This document shows positions 49,229-58,409 of a stretch of DNA of 64,000 bases, piece by piece. Location of the stretch: positions 128,001 to 192,000 of the forward strand of contig CAVYSE010000018.1 in NCBI GenBank assembly GCA_963771075.1. The letters run 5' to 3'. The translations under genes and the position numbers were made by a program. The number at the start of each line of letters is the position of its first letter. The stretch's first letter is position 1. This DNA is from a candidate division FCPU426 bacterium (lineage in GTDB: Bacteria; Oederibacteriota; Muellerivitia; Muellerivitales; Muellerivitaceae). The notes under the pieces are model-generated. The model had not been told where the DNA came from. It was given only the letters and a program-made list of their open reading frames with translations, and made no database searches.

Positions 49229-50035
49229 ATGAAAAAAACCATTTTTGTTTTCACTATCCTGTTTTGCGTCGTGGGAGGCGTATTCGCAACCACCGCTGAG
49301 GAGTTTTACGTCGCGGGGCTGGAAACCTTTAAGAACGCGGATTACGACAAGGCCATCCGTTATTTCCACGCGGCTCTTTTGGAAAAGCCGGAATATTGGC
49401 AGGCCTATCAATTCATGGGAGAGGCGTACTACCAGAGCGGAAATCGCACCGAGGCCTTGGTGGCCATCAATGAGAGCTTGCGCCTCCATCCCGACAATCC
49501 GGAACTGCGGCATTTTGCCTCCCGGGTTGAAGCCAATAGTCCTTGGATTCCCTCGGGTTCACTTTCCTTGAGGGATAAGCTGTCGCTCATCTCCATCCTC
49601 CTATCCCTCGCTACCTTGGCATGGGTTTCCTACTGGGTTTATTGGCTGCGTCCCGGCGAAATTATTACTTTCTTGTTGAATTTCACCGAACAGGAATCAA
49701 ACGGCCTCGTATCCCAGGTTGCGGTTGATTTCACGGCCTTCAATTCGGGTAGTCGCCCCGCCCAATTCGTGGGTTACAGCATCCGCAAGGCCAACAGCAA
49801 GGCATGGGAAAACTGGAAATATTTCGAACCGCCCGTCCTTTTAAGCGCTCCGGACAGTCGAAAAGTGCTTCATTTGGCCTTTTCCCAAGTTCGCGAGCAG
49901 GTGAGCGGAATACAGTTTGGAGATGGGGGAAACAAACGCTGGGCTTTGACAACAAAGCAGGTCAAGGCCATGAATGGGGCCATTCAAACAATTGGAAGAT
50001 CCAAAAAAGATATGCCGAAGGCGGTTTTAGGCTGA
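49229..50035 (+). CDS. Exported TPR domain + TM + cytoplasmic domain protein
   Basis: Signal peptide, YWQAYQFMG TPR, HPDNP, one TM. Confidence 0.7.
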   Translation: MKKTIFVFTILFCVVGGVFATTAEEFYVAGLETFKNADYDKAIRYFHAALLEKPEYWQAYQFMGEAYYQSGNRTEALVAINESLRLHPDNPELRHFASRVEANSPWIPSGSLSLRDKLSLISILLSLATLAWVSYWVYWLRPGEIITFLLNFTEQESNGLVSQVAVDFTAFNSGSRPAQFVGYSIRKANSKAWENWKYFEPPVLLSAPDSRKVLHLAFSQVREQVSGIQFGDGGNKRWALTTKQVKAMNGAIQTIGRSKKDMPKAVLG

Positions 50036-50081
50036 CCCTTTGAAAAACCAAACAAGGGGAGAGAAATAGTGAGGGCGTGGG

Positions 50082-50279
50082 ATGGAATGCACCCAGAAAT
50101 CCAACAAGAAGAATTGCACCTGCACCTATGATTGTGAACGCCGGGGAAAATGCTGCGATTGCGTGGCTTTCCACCGGGATAACGGTGAACTTCCAGGCTG
50201 CTTTTTCTCGCCCGCCGATGAGGCGGTCTACGACCGATCGATCGCCTTTTTTATGCGCTGCCGATCACGTGTAAACTGA
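50082..50279 (+). CDS. Small Cys-rich protein (DUF6485-like)
   Basis: CTCTY.C.RRGKCCDCV..H...ELPGCFF...YDRS. Confidence 0.75.
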   Translation: MECTQKSNKKNCTCTYDCERRGKCCDCVAFHRDNGELPGCFFSPADEAVYDRSIAFFMRCRSRVN

Positions 50280-50566
50280 CTTTAATTCAAGTATCCAAGT
50301 CATTTCTTTCCTTCCAAACAAAACCATGCGGTTAGAAAGCGTTTTTTTGGCTATGAAGGAGGTTATTCGTGAAACCTTTATGCGGGTAAAGGAAAAGTTG
50401 TGAGGTAACCCTACCCAAACCAAATGAAATTCTTCGCCTTTCCCCAAGGTTGGTATAAAATCCCACCTTGCCGGGGATAGGGGAAATTGAGTCGGAAGAG
50501 CGTGAAAAGTTTCAGTTTCACTTTTAACCCTGAAATTCGGTCTACTTTTACTTCAAGGAGAAAATC

Positions 50567-51235
50567 ATGGTTCAGTTTACGCGTATCTTTTCGCTGTTAG
50601 TGGCGGGAATGTTGGTGTTCGCCGGAAATTTACGGGCCGACGATAAGGCTGCGGCGGTTACGCCCCAGGCGACTCCCGCTGCCAACGTTGCTCCAGTTTC
50701 GACGCCGGTCGCCAAGCCGGCCAAGGCCGATAGCCCGACCGTGGCGGCCATGAAGGCGGCCATCGCGTTGGCGGAAGCCGGCAAGACGGATGAAGCCATC
50801 GCGGCCTACGAGAAGATCGGCGTGCTGAAATCAACCAAATCGGAAGCTTGGCGCCTGAATAATGAGGGCTTGGCCTATCTGATCGCCCCGACTCCCCAGC
50901 CGGATAAGGCCGTACCCTTGTTGGAGAAGGCCACCACCACCGATGACACCAACTACATGGCCTGGAACAACCTGGGAAGCGCCTATGTGCAGACTGACTC
51001 CTGGGACAAGGCCAAGGACGCTTTCCAAAAGTCCATCGATACGGCCAAGGCCGCGGATGCCAGCTCCGCCAAGGCAGAAGGCAATCTCGCGGACCTTCAA
51101 AAGAAGATGGACAATCTCGCGGCTGTGATCGCCAAGAAGAATGCCAAGAAGGGTGGGACTAAACCCGCCGCCAGCAAGACTCTTGCGGCAAGTACCACGC
51201 CTGTTGCCGCCAGCACCACACCCGCCGCCAAGTAA
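50567..51235 (+). CDS. Exported TPR protein
   Basis: AAGGAG RBS, signal peptide, NNEGLAY and AWNNLGSAY TPRs. Confidence 0.8.
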   Translation: MVQFTRIFSLLVAGMLVFAGNLRADDKAAAVTPQATPAANVAPVSTPVAKPAKADSPTVAAMKAAIALAEAGKTDEAIAAYEKIGVLKSTKSEAWRLNNEGLAYLIAPTPQPDKAVPLLEKATTTDDTNYMAWNNLGSAYVQTDSWDKAKDAFQKSIDTAKAADASSAKAEGNLADLQKKMDNLAAVIAKKNAKKGGTKPAASKTLAASTTPVAASTTPAAK

Positions 51236-51296
51236 ACTAACTGGGTGATGGAAAAGTCCTTAAAACGGACTTTTTAGAAGCCTGCGAAGTTCTTTT

Positions 51297-52475
51297 TTAT
51301 AAAAGGCCCTGTCCGCTTTCAGCGGGCGGGGCCTTTTTTTGTGGCGAGGTAATAGGGTTATTTTTTGTGGAGGATTTGTTTTTGGGCTTGGAATGCCGGT
51401 AGACCTTCTCGTCGCTGGGCAGGGTGATGCCGATCTGGGCGGCCGCCACCCCCATGGTTCCCTTCATTGGGATGAAGTAAACGGGGATGTATTTCTTGGA
51501 ATGGACCCGGCCTCGGTCATCCATGTGGTAGACGTAAAGCACCTGGTTATGCTTGAAGGGCTGACCGATGGGGATGATGATACGGCCCCCATGCTTAAGC
51601 TGGTTGAACAGGGTAGGCGGTACGAACTGGGCCACGCAAGTGAACATAATAATGTTAAACCCTCCCGCATCCGGCCAGCCGTAATAGCCGTCCCCGACCC
51701 TTGTATGGACGTTGCTGTATCCCAGGGGCTTGAAGATGTTGGAAACGGCCTGGCCCAGGGGCTTGATGATCTCGATGGAATAGGCGTCTTTGACCATGCG
51801 GGAAAGCAGGGAAATGTTGTAACCGCTTCCGGTCCCGATCTCCAAAACTTTGTCCTTGGGCTGGGGGTCCGCCAATTGGGCCATATAGGCCTGGCCCTCG
51901 TAATCGCTTAAGGCCGAACCCCAGCCTAGCGCGAAAGTTCGGGGAGGATACTCATAGGCGGTATTGGAAAAGTCGTTTCCCCCTTGGTAGTCATAATGAA
52001 AATACTCCCGGGGAAGCTCCCCGAAGGCCTTCATCACCCTGGGGTCGGCCCAGCCGAATTTGCGCCAAAGGTAGCGGCGGATATCCTTCAACATGGCCGG
52101 TTTGCGGTCTTGGACCTTGGCGAATTCCGAGGCGGTCAGGTGGGTGGCCCTTCCGCTTTTTTTGAAGGCCTTCAGGTATTTCTTGTAGGTCCAATCTGCC
52201 TTGACCGTTACCGGCATGTTAGCCGTTGGGTCCGCGGGCTGGCTGATGGGTGTGGTTGCCGCGGTTTCCGGGGTCTGCCCCAAAGCAGCCGTTTGGCTTG
52301 CGGGAACTTCCTGGCTTACCGGGACGCCTTGAATCGCAGGTGTTTCTTGGTTCGCGGGAGCTATCTGGTTCGTAGGAGCCGTTTGGCTCGAAAGAGTTTC
52401 CTGCCCCAAGCTGGGCCGGTTAAGTCCGGTTAATAGGGCAATCAAAAGAAAGGCAGCCGCCCGGTTCGTTTTCAT
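51297..52475 (-). CDS. Protein-L-isoaspartate O-methyltransferase-like protein with signal peptide
   Basis: PREYF, VLEIGTGSGY, SIEI, GDGYYGW, GGRIIIPIG, VYFIPM; Sec-type leader and low-complexity linker. Confidence 0.85.
   Translation of the reverse strand: MKTNRAAAFLLIALLTGLNRPSLGQETLSSQTAPTNQIAPANQETPAIQGVPVSQEVPASQTAALGQTPETAATTPISQPADPTANMPVTVKADWTYKKYLKAFKKSGRATHLTASEFAKVQDRKPAMLKDIRRYLWRKFGWADPRVMKAFGELPREYFHYDYQGGNDFSNTAYEYPPRTFALGWGSALSDYEGQAYMAQLADPQPKDKVLEIGTGSGYNISLLSRMVKDAYSIEIIKPLGQAVSNIFKPLGYSNVHTRVGDGYYGWPDAGGFNIIMFTCVAQFVPPTLFNQLKHGGRIIIPIGQPFKHNQVLYVYHMDDRGRVHSKKYIPVYFIPMKGTMGVAAAQIGITLPSDEKVYRHSKPKNKSSTKNNPITSPQKKAPPAESGQGLL
51301..51341. terminator. Terminator-like hairpin overlapping the 3' end of the convergent methyltransferase gene
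   Basis: AAAAGGCCCTGTCCGCT-ttc-AGCGGGCGGGGCCTTTT. Confidence 0.7.
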
Positions 52476-54991
52476 GAGCGCCTCCGGGCCGTTTCGGCCT
52501 TGGCGAAGCCAGGAGGAAAGGTTAGAAAGGCCAAGGCGTAAAGAGCGAGCCCCAAGAGGATTAGTGAATGGTACCCTGAGGACACTGCCACTAAATTGGC
52601 GAGTGGGGTGGCCATGACCGAAAAGGCCCCGTTGAGGGCCCAGGCCCAGGGGATGAGGCCGCTATCCCGGGGTAGCCGGCTCAAGCCGAGGGGGAAAAAG
52701 AACCCCAAGGGAAGAGCCGCCAGAGCCGCCCAAACCGAGAGGAAAAGGCATTTGGAAACAAACGGCAAGCCCAACAATGCTCCCAGTGCCCAGTCTAAAC
52801 CGACCAGGGTGAGAAGGATCCAGATTGCCAAGGCAATCCCCGCCGGCCGCAAACCCTCCCGGGGTTCTTTCAAGAACCGGCCCGATAGCCAGCTTCCCAA
52901 TCCTGAAAAAATAAGCATCGCGGCGAGGATCAGCGAAAAAGAGTAGGTGCGGTTTCCCAAAAAGTAGGCGCCTTTCTCAATCAGGTCGATCTCGATAAAT
53001 AGGAAACCCAACCCCAAACAAGAAAAGTAAACCAGGGTTTTTCCCAATCGGGGAAGGGACACCGCCCCCCGGGCGCGGCCCAGCAGGGGCAGGGCCAGGA
53101 CCAACAGCGCCCAAAGCAGGGATTGGGCCAAGACGGCCAGGTTGATGAGGTAGCTGATCTCCTCCCGGGGGATCTGGGACAGGTTGTTTAGGATATCTTT
53201 CAAGTGGGAAAGTCTCAGCACGGAAAAAAAGAAGGGGCGGTCCTGGGTGGAGGGGTACAGGTTGAAAAAGTGGGTGTTGAGGAAGGTGGCGCCCTGGCTG
53301 GAAAGCAATTGAAGGCTGTCGTCCCGAAGCGCGTCGCTGGCTTCCTTGGGCGCGGAAACCTGGTCATCGCCACCGGCCCAAACTGTGGGGGGCAGGTCGT
53401 TGAAAATCTCGGTCGTGGCATTCGCGGCCGTGAGCCCGGGATAGAAAGAAAGGTCGAACGATCTCAGGTCGCAGAAAGACTTGAGGGACTCCAACTGCTC
53501 CCGGGACCATGGGTCCTTGGATATTAATAATCGGGCGTTCCAGGCCGAACGGTACAGCATCAAATGACTTTCGGGGGAGGTGACGCCCATGGCCTGCAGG
53601 GCCTCCCGGGCGGTTTCCACCAATTTCAGGGCGTAGACCGTGAACTCCCGGATGTTAACGGGGAGGGAAACCAAACCGGAGGGGTTCAAGGACCGGACGT
53701 AACTTTCCAGGGCTTCGCGGGTATAGGCGTATTTGTTGGCGTCCGACTGTTCCAGGTATTCGCTGGAGAGGTCGATGATATCGAATCCCTTTTTTAAGGT
53801 CGCCAAGTAAGTTTCGGGGGACTTCTGGATAAAAGTGACCGCCGTATTTTTAAGCCATGGCCCCTCGCTTTTGGCCATGGGCCCCTTGATCAAGTTGTAA
53901 AGGTTCGGGTCGCTTTCCAGGGCTACCACCTCAGCCGCTTTATAGTTCAGCGCTTCGTTTACGCGGTAACCTCCCCGGGTGCCGACGAGGAGCGCCCGGC
54001 TGTTGGGCTTGAGGATGTAGGGGAAAATATCCAGGCTCGCCTTGGCGTAGGAAAAATCGGTTTTCAAGTTCTTGGGGAAAGAACTGATGCGGTTTCCGTC
54101 CAGGTAGAGCCCATAGGCCTTGGGCGGGCCGTCTACCTTCAGCAGGACATAGTTGTTCGACAGGTCGATATCCAGGCGCTCGGTGAAGTTGTCCAAAAGC
54201 ATGTAATAGCCCAGGGGAGAGAAGATCCTCTTTTTCACCTGGGCGTCGGAAACGTTCAGGGCGGGCGTGATCATCTTGTAGGGGCAAAAATGGCTTTTGT
54301 TGAATTTAACGGCGGCTCCCTCGCTCAAGGCCAAAACTAGGAGTATGGCGGCATAGCCAATCCAGGCCGTGGCATGAAAGCGGGCCCGGTAATGGGCCAG
54401 GAAGGCGGCCAGGGACCAGAGGGGGATCAAGGCGCAGAGCAGGTAAAAAGGATGGATCCAATACATGGCAAAAAGCATGGCCAGGGACCCTAAGCCCGCG
54501 CCCACCAGGTCCACCGCGTAAACCGCCCCAATCTTCTCGTTGGTCAGGGCCAGGAAACTGAGGCTGATATAAAGCCCGGAGAGGAAAAACACCGGAAAGA
54601 GGGCCTCGTAGTATTTGGCGATATTTTTGAACTGGTCCATCCAGAGGTCCATGTTCTGAAGTTCCAGGGGGTTGAAGCTGTTCACCGTGACCAGGTAAAA
54701 ACCCAGGCAGGCCAGGGGAGGCAATAACAGCGGGATAAAGAAAAAGAAACGATGGGCGTGCTTGAAAAAGAAGTCCCTGAAAAGGCTTAAAACCACCCCG
54801 CTGGCGGAATAACCCGCCATGGCGATGGAAATGACCCAGTATCCGTATTCGGACCAACTGGCGATGGAAAAATACCGGGTAAGCATGATCTCGAAACCGA
54901 TGCTGGCGGCCGATACGGCGAAGAGGGCACCCAAAAGCTGAACGTTGGGACGGGAGAGCTCATAAGTCGGGGCGGAGGCGTAGTTGGGCAT
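52472..54991 (-). CDS. Polytopic membrane protein with central spermidine-synthase-like (class I SAM) domain
   Basis: FEIMLTR, YAVDLVGAGLG, LVGTRGG, YTREAL, YFSCLGLGFLFIEI, WAWALNG.FSV. Confidence 0.8.
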   Translation of the reverse strand: MPNYASAPTYELSRPNVQLLGALFAVSAASIGFEIMLTRYFSIASWSEYGYWVISIAMAGYSASGVVLSLFRDFFFKHAHRFFFFIPLLLPPLACLGFYLVTVNSFNPLELQNMDLWMDQFKNIAKYYEALFPVFFLSGLYISLSFLALTNEKIGAVYAVDLVGAGLGSLAMLFAMYWIHPFYLLCALIPLWSLAAFLAHYRARFHATAWIGYAAILLVLALSEGAAVKFNKSHFCPYKMITPALNVSDAQVKKRIFSPLGYYMLLDNFTERLDIDLSNNYVLLKVDGPPKAYGLYLDGNRISSFPKNLKTDFSYAKASLDIFPYILKPNSRALLVGTRGGYRVNEALNYKAAEVVALESDPNLYNLIKGPMAKSEGPWLKNTAVTFIQKSPETYLATLKKGFDIIDLSSEYLEQSDANKYAYTREALESYVRSLNPSGLVSLPVNIREFTVYALKLVETAREALQAMGVTSPESHLMLYRSAWNARLLISKDPWSREQLESLKSFCDLRSFDLSFYPGLTAANATTEIFNDLPPTVWAGGDDQVSAPKEASDALRDDSLQLLSSQGATFLNTHFFNLYPSTQDRPFFFSVLRLSHLKDILNNLSQIPREEISYLINLAVLAQSLLWALLVLALPLLGRARGAVSLPRLGKTLVYFSCLGLGFLFIEIDLIEKGAYFLGNRTYSFSLILAAMLIFSGLGSWLSGRFLKEPREGLRPAGIALAIWILLTLVGLDWALGALLGLPFVSKCLFLSVWAALAALPLGFFFPLGLSRLPRDSGLIPWAWALNGAFSVMATPLANLVAVSSGYHSLILLGLALYALAFLTFPPGFAKAETARRRS

Positions 54992-55003
54992 CAACAATTC
55001 CTT

Positions 55004-57364
55004 TCAATTTTTATTAGGCTGGGGCGTCTGGGCCCCGGCGGCTTTCATCTTCGCGGCAGATTTCATTTTATGAAGCGCTTTATGGGGCACATCCCCGGGG
55101 TAAAGGGCGGCACGCCGAAGAAAATCCCTCATCAAATTATCAAAGTGGTCCGGTTCATCGTAAAAGAGGGCGTGCCCCGCGTTGGAAAAGATCTCCACCC
55201 TGGCTTGGGGGTCGGCCTTGGCCAAATATTCGGATTGGGCTGTGTATTTGGACGTGACGGCGTAAAGCAGGGGAACCTGGCAAATGGTTTTAAAAGGGGG
55301 CTGCCAGCTATCGCCTGGAAAGACGTTGTTCATCAAGGCCAGGGCGATATCCGTGGGGGTGCGGGTTGCGTCATCGGCGAGTTTTCGGAAAAAATCTCCG
55401 GGTGGCTGGGTCTTAAAGAGGCTCCAAACGAAACTCCGGACCGCATGGGGCCGGTTCTGCTTGAACTCGTCCAGGAAACGATCTTCCGCGGCGGAGGTGA
55501 CGGGGGTGGATGCGGCCAGGGCGGAATCCACGAGGCCAACGGCATAGAGCCGATTCGTGCCGAACTCGTTCATGTAGGCCAGCACTTGAAATCCTCCGTG
55601 AGACCAGCCCACCAGGACCACGGAGCTCAGTTGAAGATGATCGAGCAGTTCCTGGATATCCTGGGCCTGGCGCTGGGGTTCGTCTCCGTGGGGGGTCATG
55701 TCCGATTCTCCCTGGGAACGGGGATCCAAGGCGATCACGCGGTAATCCGAAGAGAGGTCTTCCAACTGGGGGGTCCATATTTCCGCCGGGATCAGCCAAC
55801 CGGGAATGAGCACCAGAGGCAGACCCTGTCCCGCTTCCAGGTAATGAAGTTTGACGTGGTCACTGGTGTAGAAATATCCATCCTGGATTGGATTAACGGA
55901 AATTTCACTCGTCACCCTCTTGGGGGTTTGGGCGACCACCGTATCGGTGAGGATGGGTGAGGGGGTGGACTCCGGGACTAGGGTCTCAGTGGCCGTGGGA
56001 GTGTAAGGTTCGGAGTGGAATAAATTCAGGCTGCGAATGGTATTGAGAAAACCCTTGGGATTGGGTGTCAAGGTGGGGGTGGAGGTTTCATGAGGAGACG
56101 CTAGAGCGGTGGGGGTGGATTCCATGATGGGTGTTCCAAGGACTGTGGGGGTCGTGGTTTCCGTTGTCGTCGCCGTGGGGAAAGGGGGGGCGGTCGAAGT
56201 GCCGGTGAATGGGGGAGGGGTGTTGGATACAACCTCGGGTGGGATCGGCATGGGTACCTGGGTGGGAATCGCCGGATGAAAGGGATTCCACGATTGGAGA
56301 AATGTTTGAAGCCGGCTGGGGGCGGGGGTGGGTGATGGGGATTGTAGGGGTTGGGTTTCTACCGTGGGGGTCAAAAGGGGAGCTGGGGTGGACGTTTCGG
56401 TGGGGATTAAGGTCGGTAAAGCCGATTCGATTGATAGGGGTTGGACAGCCAGGGGGTTGGATTTTCCGGCGCCTTTTGGTAACCCGGCAGGATAGAGGGA
56501 AGATTGTTTAATAAAGTCCTGGATAAGGTTGTTGAAACGGATAGATTCATCCACGAAGAGGCCGTGACCCGAATTCTCGAACATCTCCACCCGGGCCTGT
56601 GGCGCCGCCTGTCTCAAATAAGCGCCTTGGGAGGTGAATTTATTCGTGATGGCATAGAGAAGAGGGATACCCTGCATCGCTCGCAGACTGGGCTGCCAGG
56701 CGTCTCCCGGTTGGGTGTTGTCCAATGCCTGTAAGGCGATATCGGTGGGAACACGGTCCGCAGCATCGGTGAGTTTTTTCAGGAATTCCCTGGAAGCGGA
56801 TCTTTTAAACAAACCCCACGCGTAGTTGATATCCGCTTGGGCCCGATCAGCCTGAAAATTGAGAAGGAAGTTACTGCGCTGGACGGGTCGGGTTCCGGAA
56901 GCCGCCCCCAGCGGGGAATCGACCAGGATGAGGCCGAATAGTTTATCGTCCCCGAACTGGTTCAGATATGCCAGGCAATCAAAGGCGCCGAGGGACCATC
57001 CCACTAATACCACCGAACCCAGGTGAAGGTGGTCCAAAAGTTCCCGGATGTCGGTGGAACGCCGAAGGGGGTCATTACCCGTTTTGACCATGTCAGATTG
57101 GCCCTGGGACCGGGGGTCCAGGGCGATCACGTGGTAATTCTTGGAAAGGCCTTTTAATTGAAGTTGCCAGATATCGGCGGGCATGAGCCAACCTGGGATC
57201 AGGAGGATGGCTTGGCCCTGTCCGGATTCCAAATAATGGAGTTTCACATGGTCGCTGGTGGTGAAAAAACCATCTTGAGCGGGTGATTGCGCAAAAAGGG
57301 AAAGCGGCATTGCGATCAGGAAGACGGCAAGTAATATTTGGGGTGCCCTGGGGCTGGGTTGCAT
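55004..57364 (-). CDS. Exported tandem alpha/beta hydrolase (two domains, Pro/Thr linker)
   Basis: Signal peptide; two copies of IPGW, DPRSQG.S, GWSxG and GH.L. Confidence 0.85.
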   Translation of the reverse strand: MQPSPRAPQILLAVFLIAMPLSLFAQSPAQDGFFTTSDHVKLHYLESGQGQAILLIPGWLMPADIWQLQLKGLSKNYHVIALDPRSQGQSDMVKTGNDPLRRSTDIRELLDHLHLGSVVLVGWSLGAFDCLAYLNQFGDDKLFGLILVDSPLGAASGTRPVQRSNFLLNFQADRAQADINYAWGLFKRSASREFLKKLTDAADRVPTDIALQALDNTQPGDAWQPSLRAMQGIPLLYAITNKFTSQGAYLRQAAPQARVEMFENSGHGLFVDESIRFNNLIQDFIKQSSLYPAGLPKGAGKSNPLAVQPLSIESALPTLIPTETSTPAPLLTPTVETQPLQSPSPTPAPSRLQTFLQSWNPFHPAIPTQVPMPIPPEVVSNTPPPFTGTSTAPPFPTATTTETTTPTVLGTPIMESTPTALASPHETSTPTLTPNPKGFLNTIRSLNLFHSEPYTPTATETLVPESTPSPILTDTVVAQTPKRVTSEISVNPIQDGYFYTSDHVKLHYLEAGQGLPLVLIPGWLIPAEIWTPQLEDLSSDYRVIALDPRSQGESDMTPHGDEPQRQAQDIQELLDHLQLSSVVLVGWSHGGFQVLAYMNEFGTNRLYAVGLVDSALAASTPVTSAAEDRFLDEFKQNRPHAVRSFVWSLFKTQPPGDFFRKLADDATRTPTDIALALMNNVFPGDSWQPPFKTICQVPLLYAVTSKYTAQSEYLAKADPQARVEIFSNAGHALFYDEPDHFDNLMRDFLRRAALYPGDVPHKALHKMKSAAKMKAAGAQTPQPNKN

Positions 57365-57482
57365 CGGGTTGGTCCGTTTCCTGATTTTTATACCCGTATA
57401 GCTCGTGGCGGAGAGAAGTTTAGCATTAGTTGATAAAGGTGGTATTAGCCAATTATGTCTTTTTTCCCTGCCGGCCAAACCT

Positions 57483-58151
57483 TCAACCTGCTTTGGGGGG
57501 GAGGACATAAATCAATACCGCTAGGTAATGGCACAACCCTCCGGCCAGGACGAAAAGGTGCCATATCGCGTGGTGGTATCGCAGTTTCTTCCAAAGGTAA
57601 AAGATAGTTCCGATACTGTAAAAGGTTCCGCCCAAAAGCAACAATACGATGCCCCCCCGGGAAAGGGCTTGGACTAAGGGTTTAAAGGCGGCCAGGATCA
57701 TCCAACCCATCCCCAGGTAAATCAGGGTTGACACGATTTTGAACCGCCCGGTGAAAAAAGCCTTAAGCGATATCCCAATAACCGCCAGACCCCATGAAAC
57801 ACCGAACAGCCACCAGCCCAGGCTCCCGTGCAGCGTTACCAAGGTAAAGGGGGTGTAGGTGCCGGCAATAAGTAAAAAAATGGAAGAGTGGTCCAGGATT
57901 TCAAAGACATATTTCACCCTGGGTGATCGGAAGCTGTGGTAAAGGGTCGAAATGACAAACAAGAGAACCAGCGTCCCCCCATAGACGCTGAAACTGACAA
58001 TGTGCCAGGTGTTCCCCCTTATCACGGCCATCACCACCAGTACCGCGGTACCCGCAACGGCCAGCCCGGAGGAAAATAGGTGGGTCATGGAATTGGCCCG
58101 TTCCTGGAGAGGGGTGTAGCGGGGCGGGCTATAAGGGGGACTGGTTTCCAT
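57483..58151 (-). CDS. Hemolysin III / PAQR-family membrane protein
   Basis: ERANSMTH, STLYH, DHSSIFLLIAGTYTP, HAIWHLFV. Confidence 0.93.
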   Translation of the reverse strand: METSPPYSPPRYTPLQERANSMTHLFSSGLAVAGTAVLVVMAVIRGNTWHIVSFSVYGGTLVLLFVISTLYHSFRSPRVKYVFEILDHSSIFLLIAGTYTPFTLVTLHGSLGWWLFGVSWGLAVIGISLKAFFTGRFKIVSTLIYLGMGWMILAAFKPLVQALSRGGIVLLLLGGTFYSIGTIFYLWKKLRYHHAIWHLFVLAGGLCHYLAVLIYVLPPKAG

Positions 58152-58409
58152 GAGATGATTCTGCGCCCGAAATTCCCTGACAAGCAATGGGAGGGTCGAC
58201 GCCGAAGGAGATGGGCACACCGAATTTAGCTCGTCAGATGGAATGGCGAGCCAGGGCCGGTAGGTGGGGAGGGCCTTATCCCTTTGGAGGCTCCCGTTAT
58301 GATCGCTGTTTTATTTGGGTTGGACATGCAAGACACTCCTATTTGAGGACCGTAATAATGGTAAAGCGGTGGATCGAAGAAGAAAAAGGGGTGAGTAAGG
58401 GAACATTCA

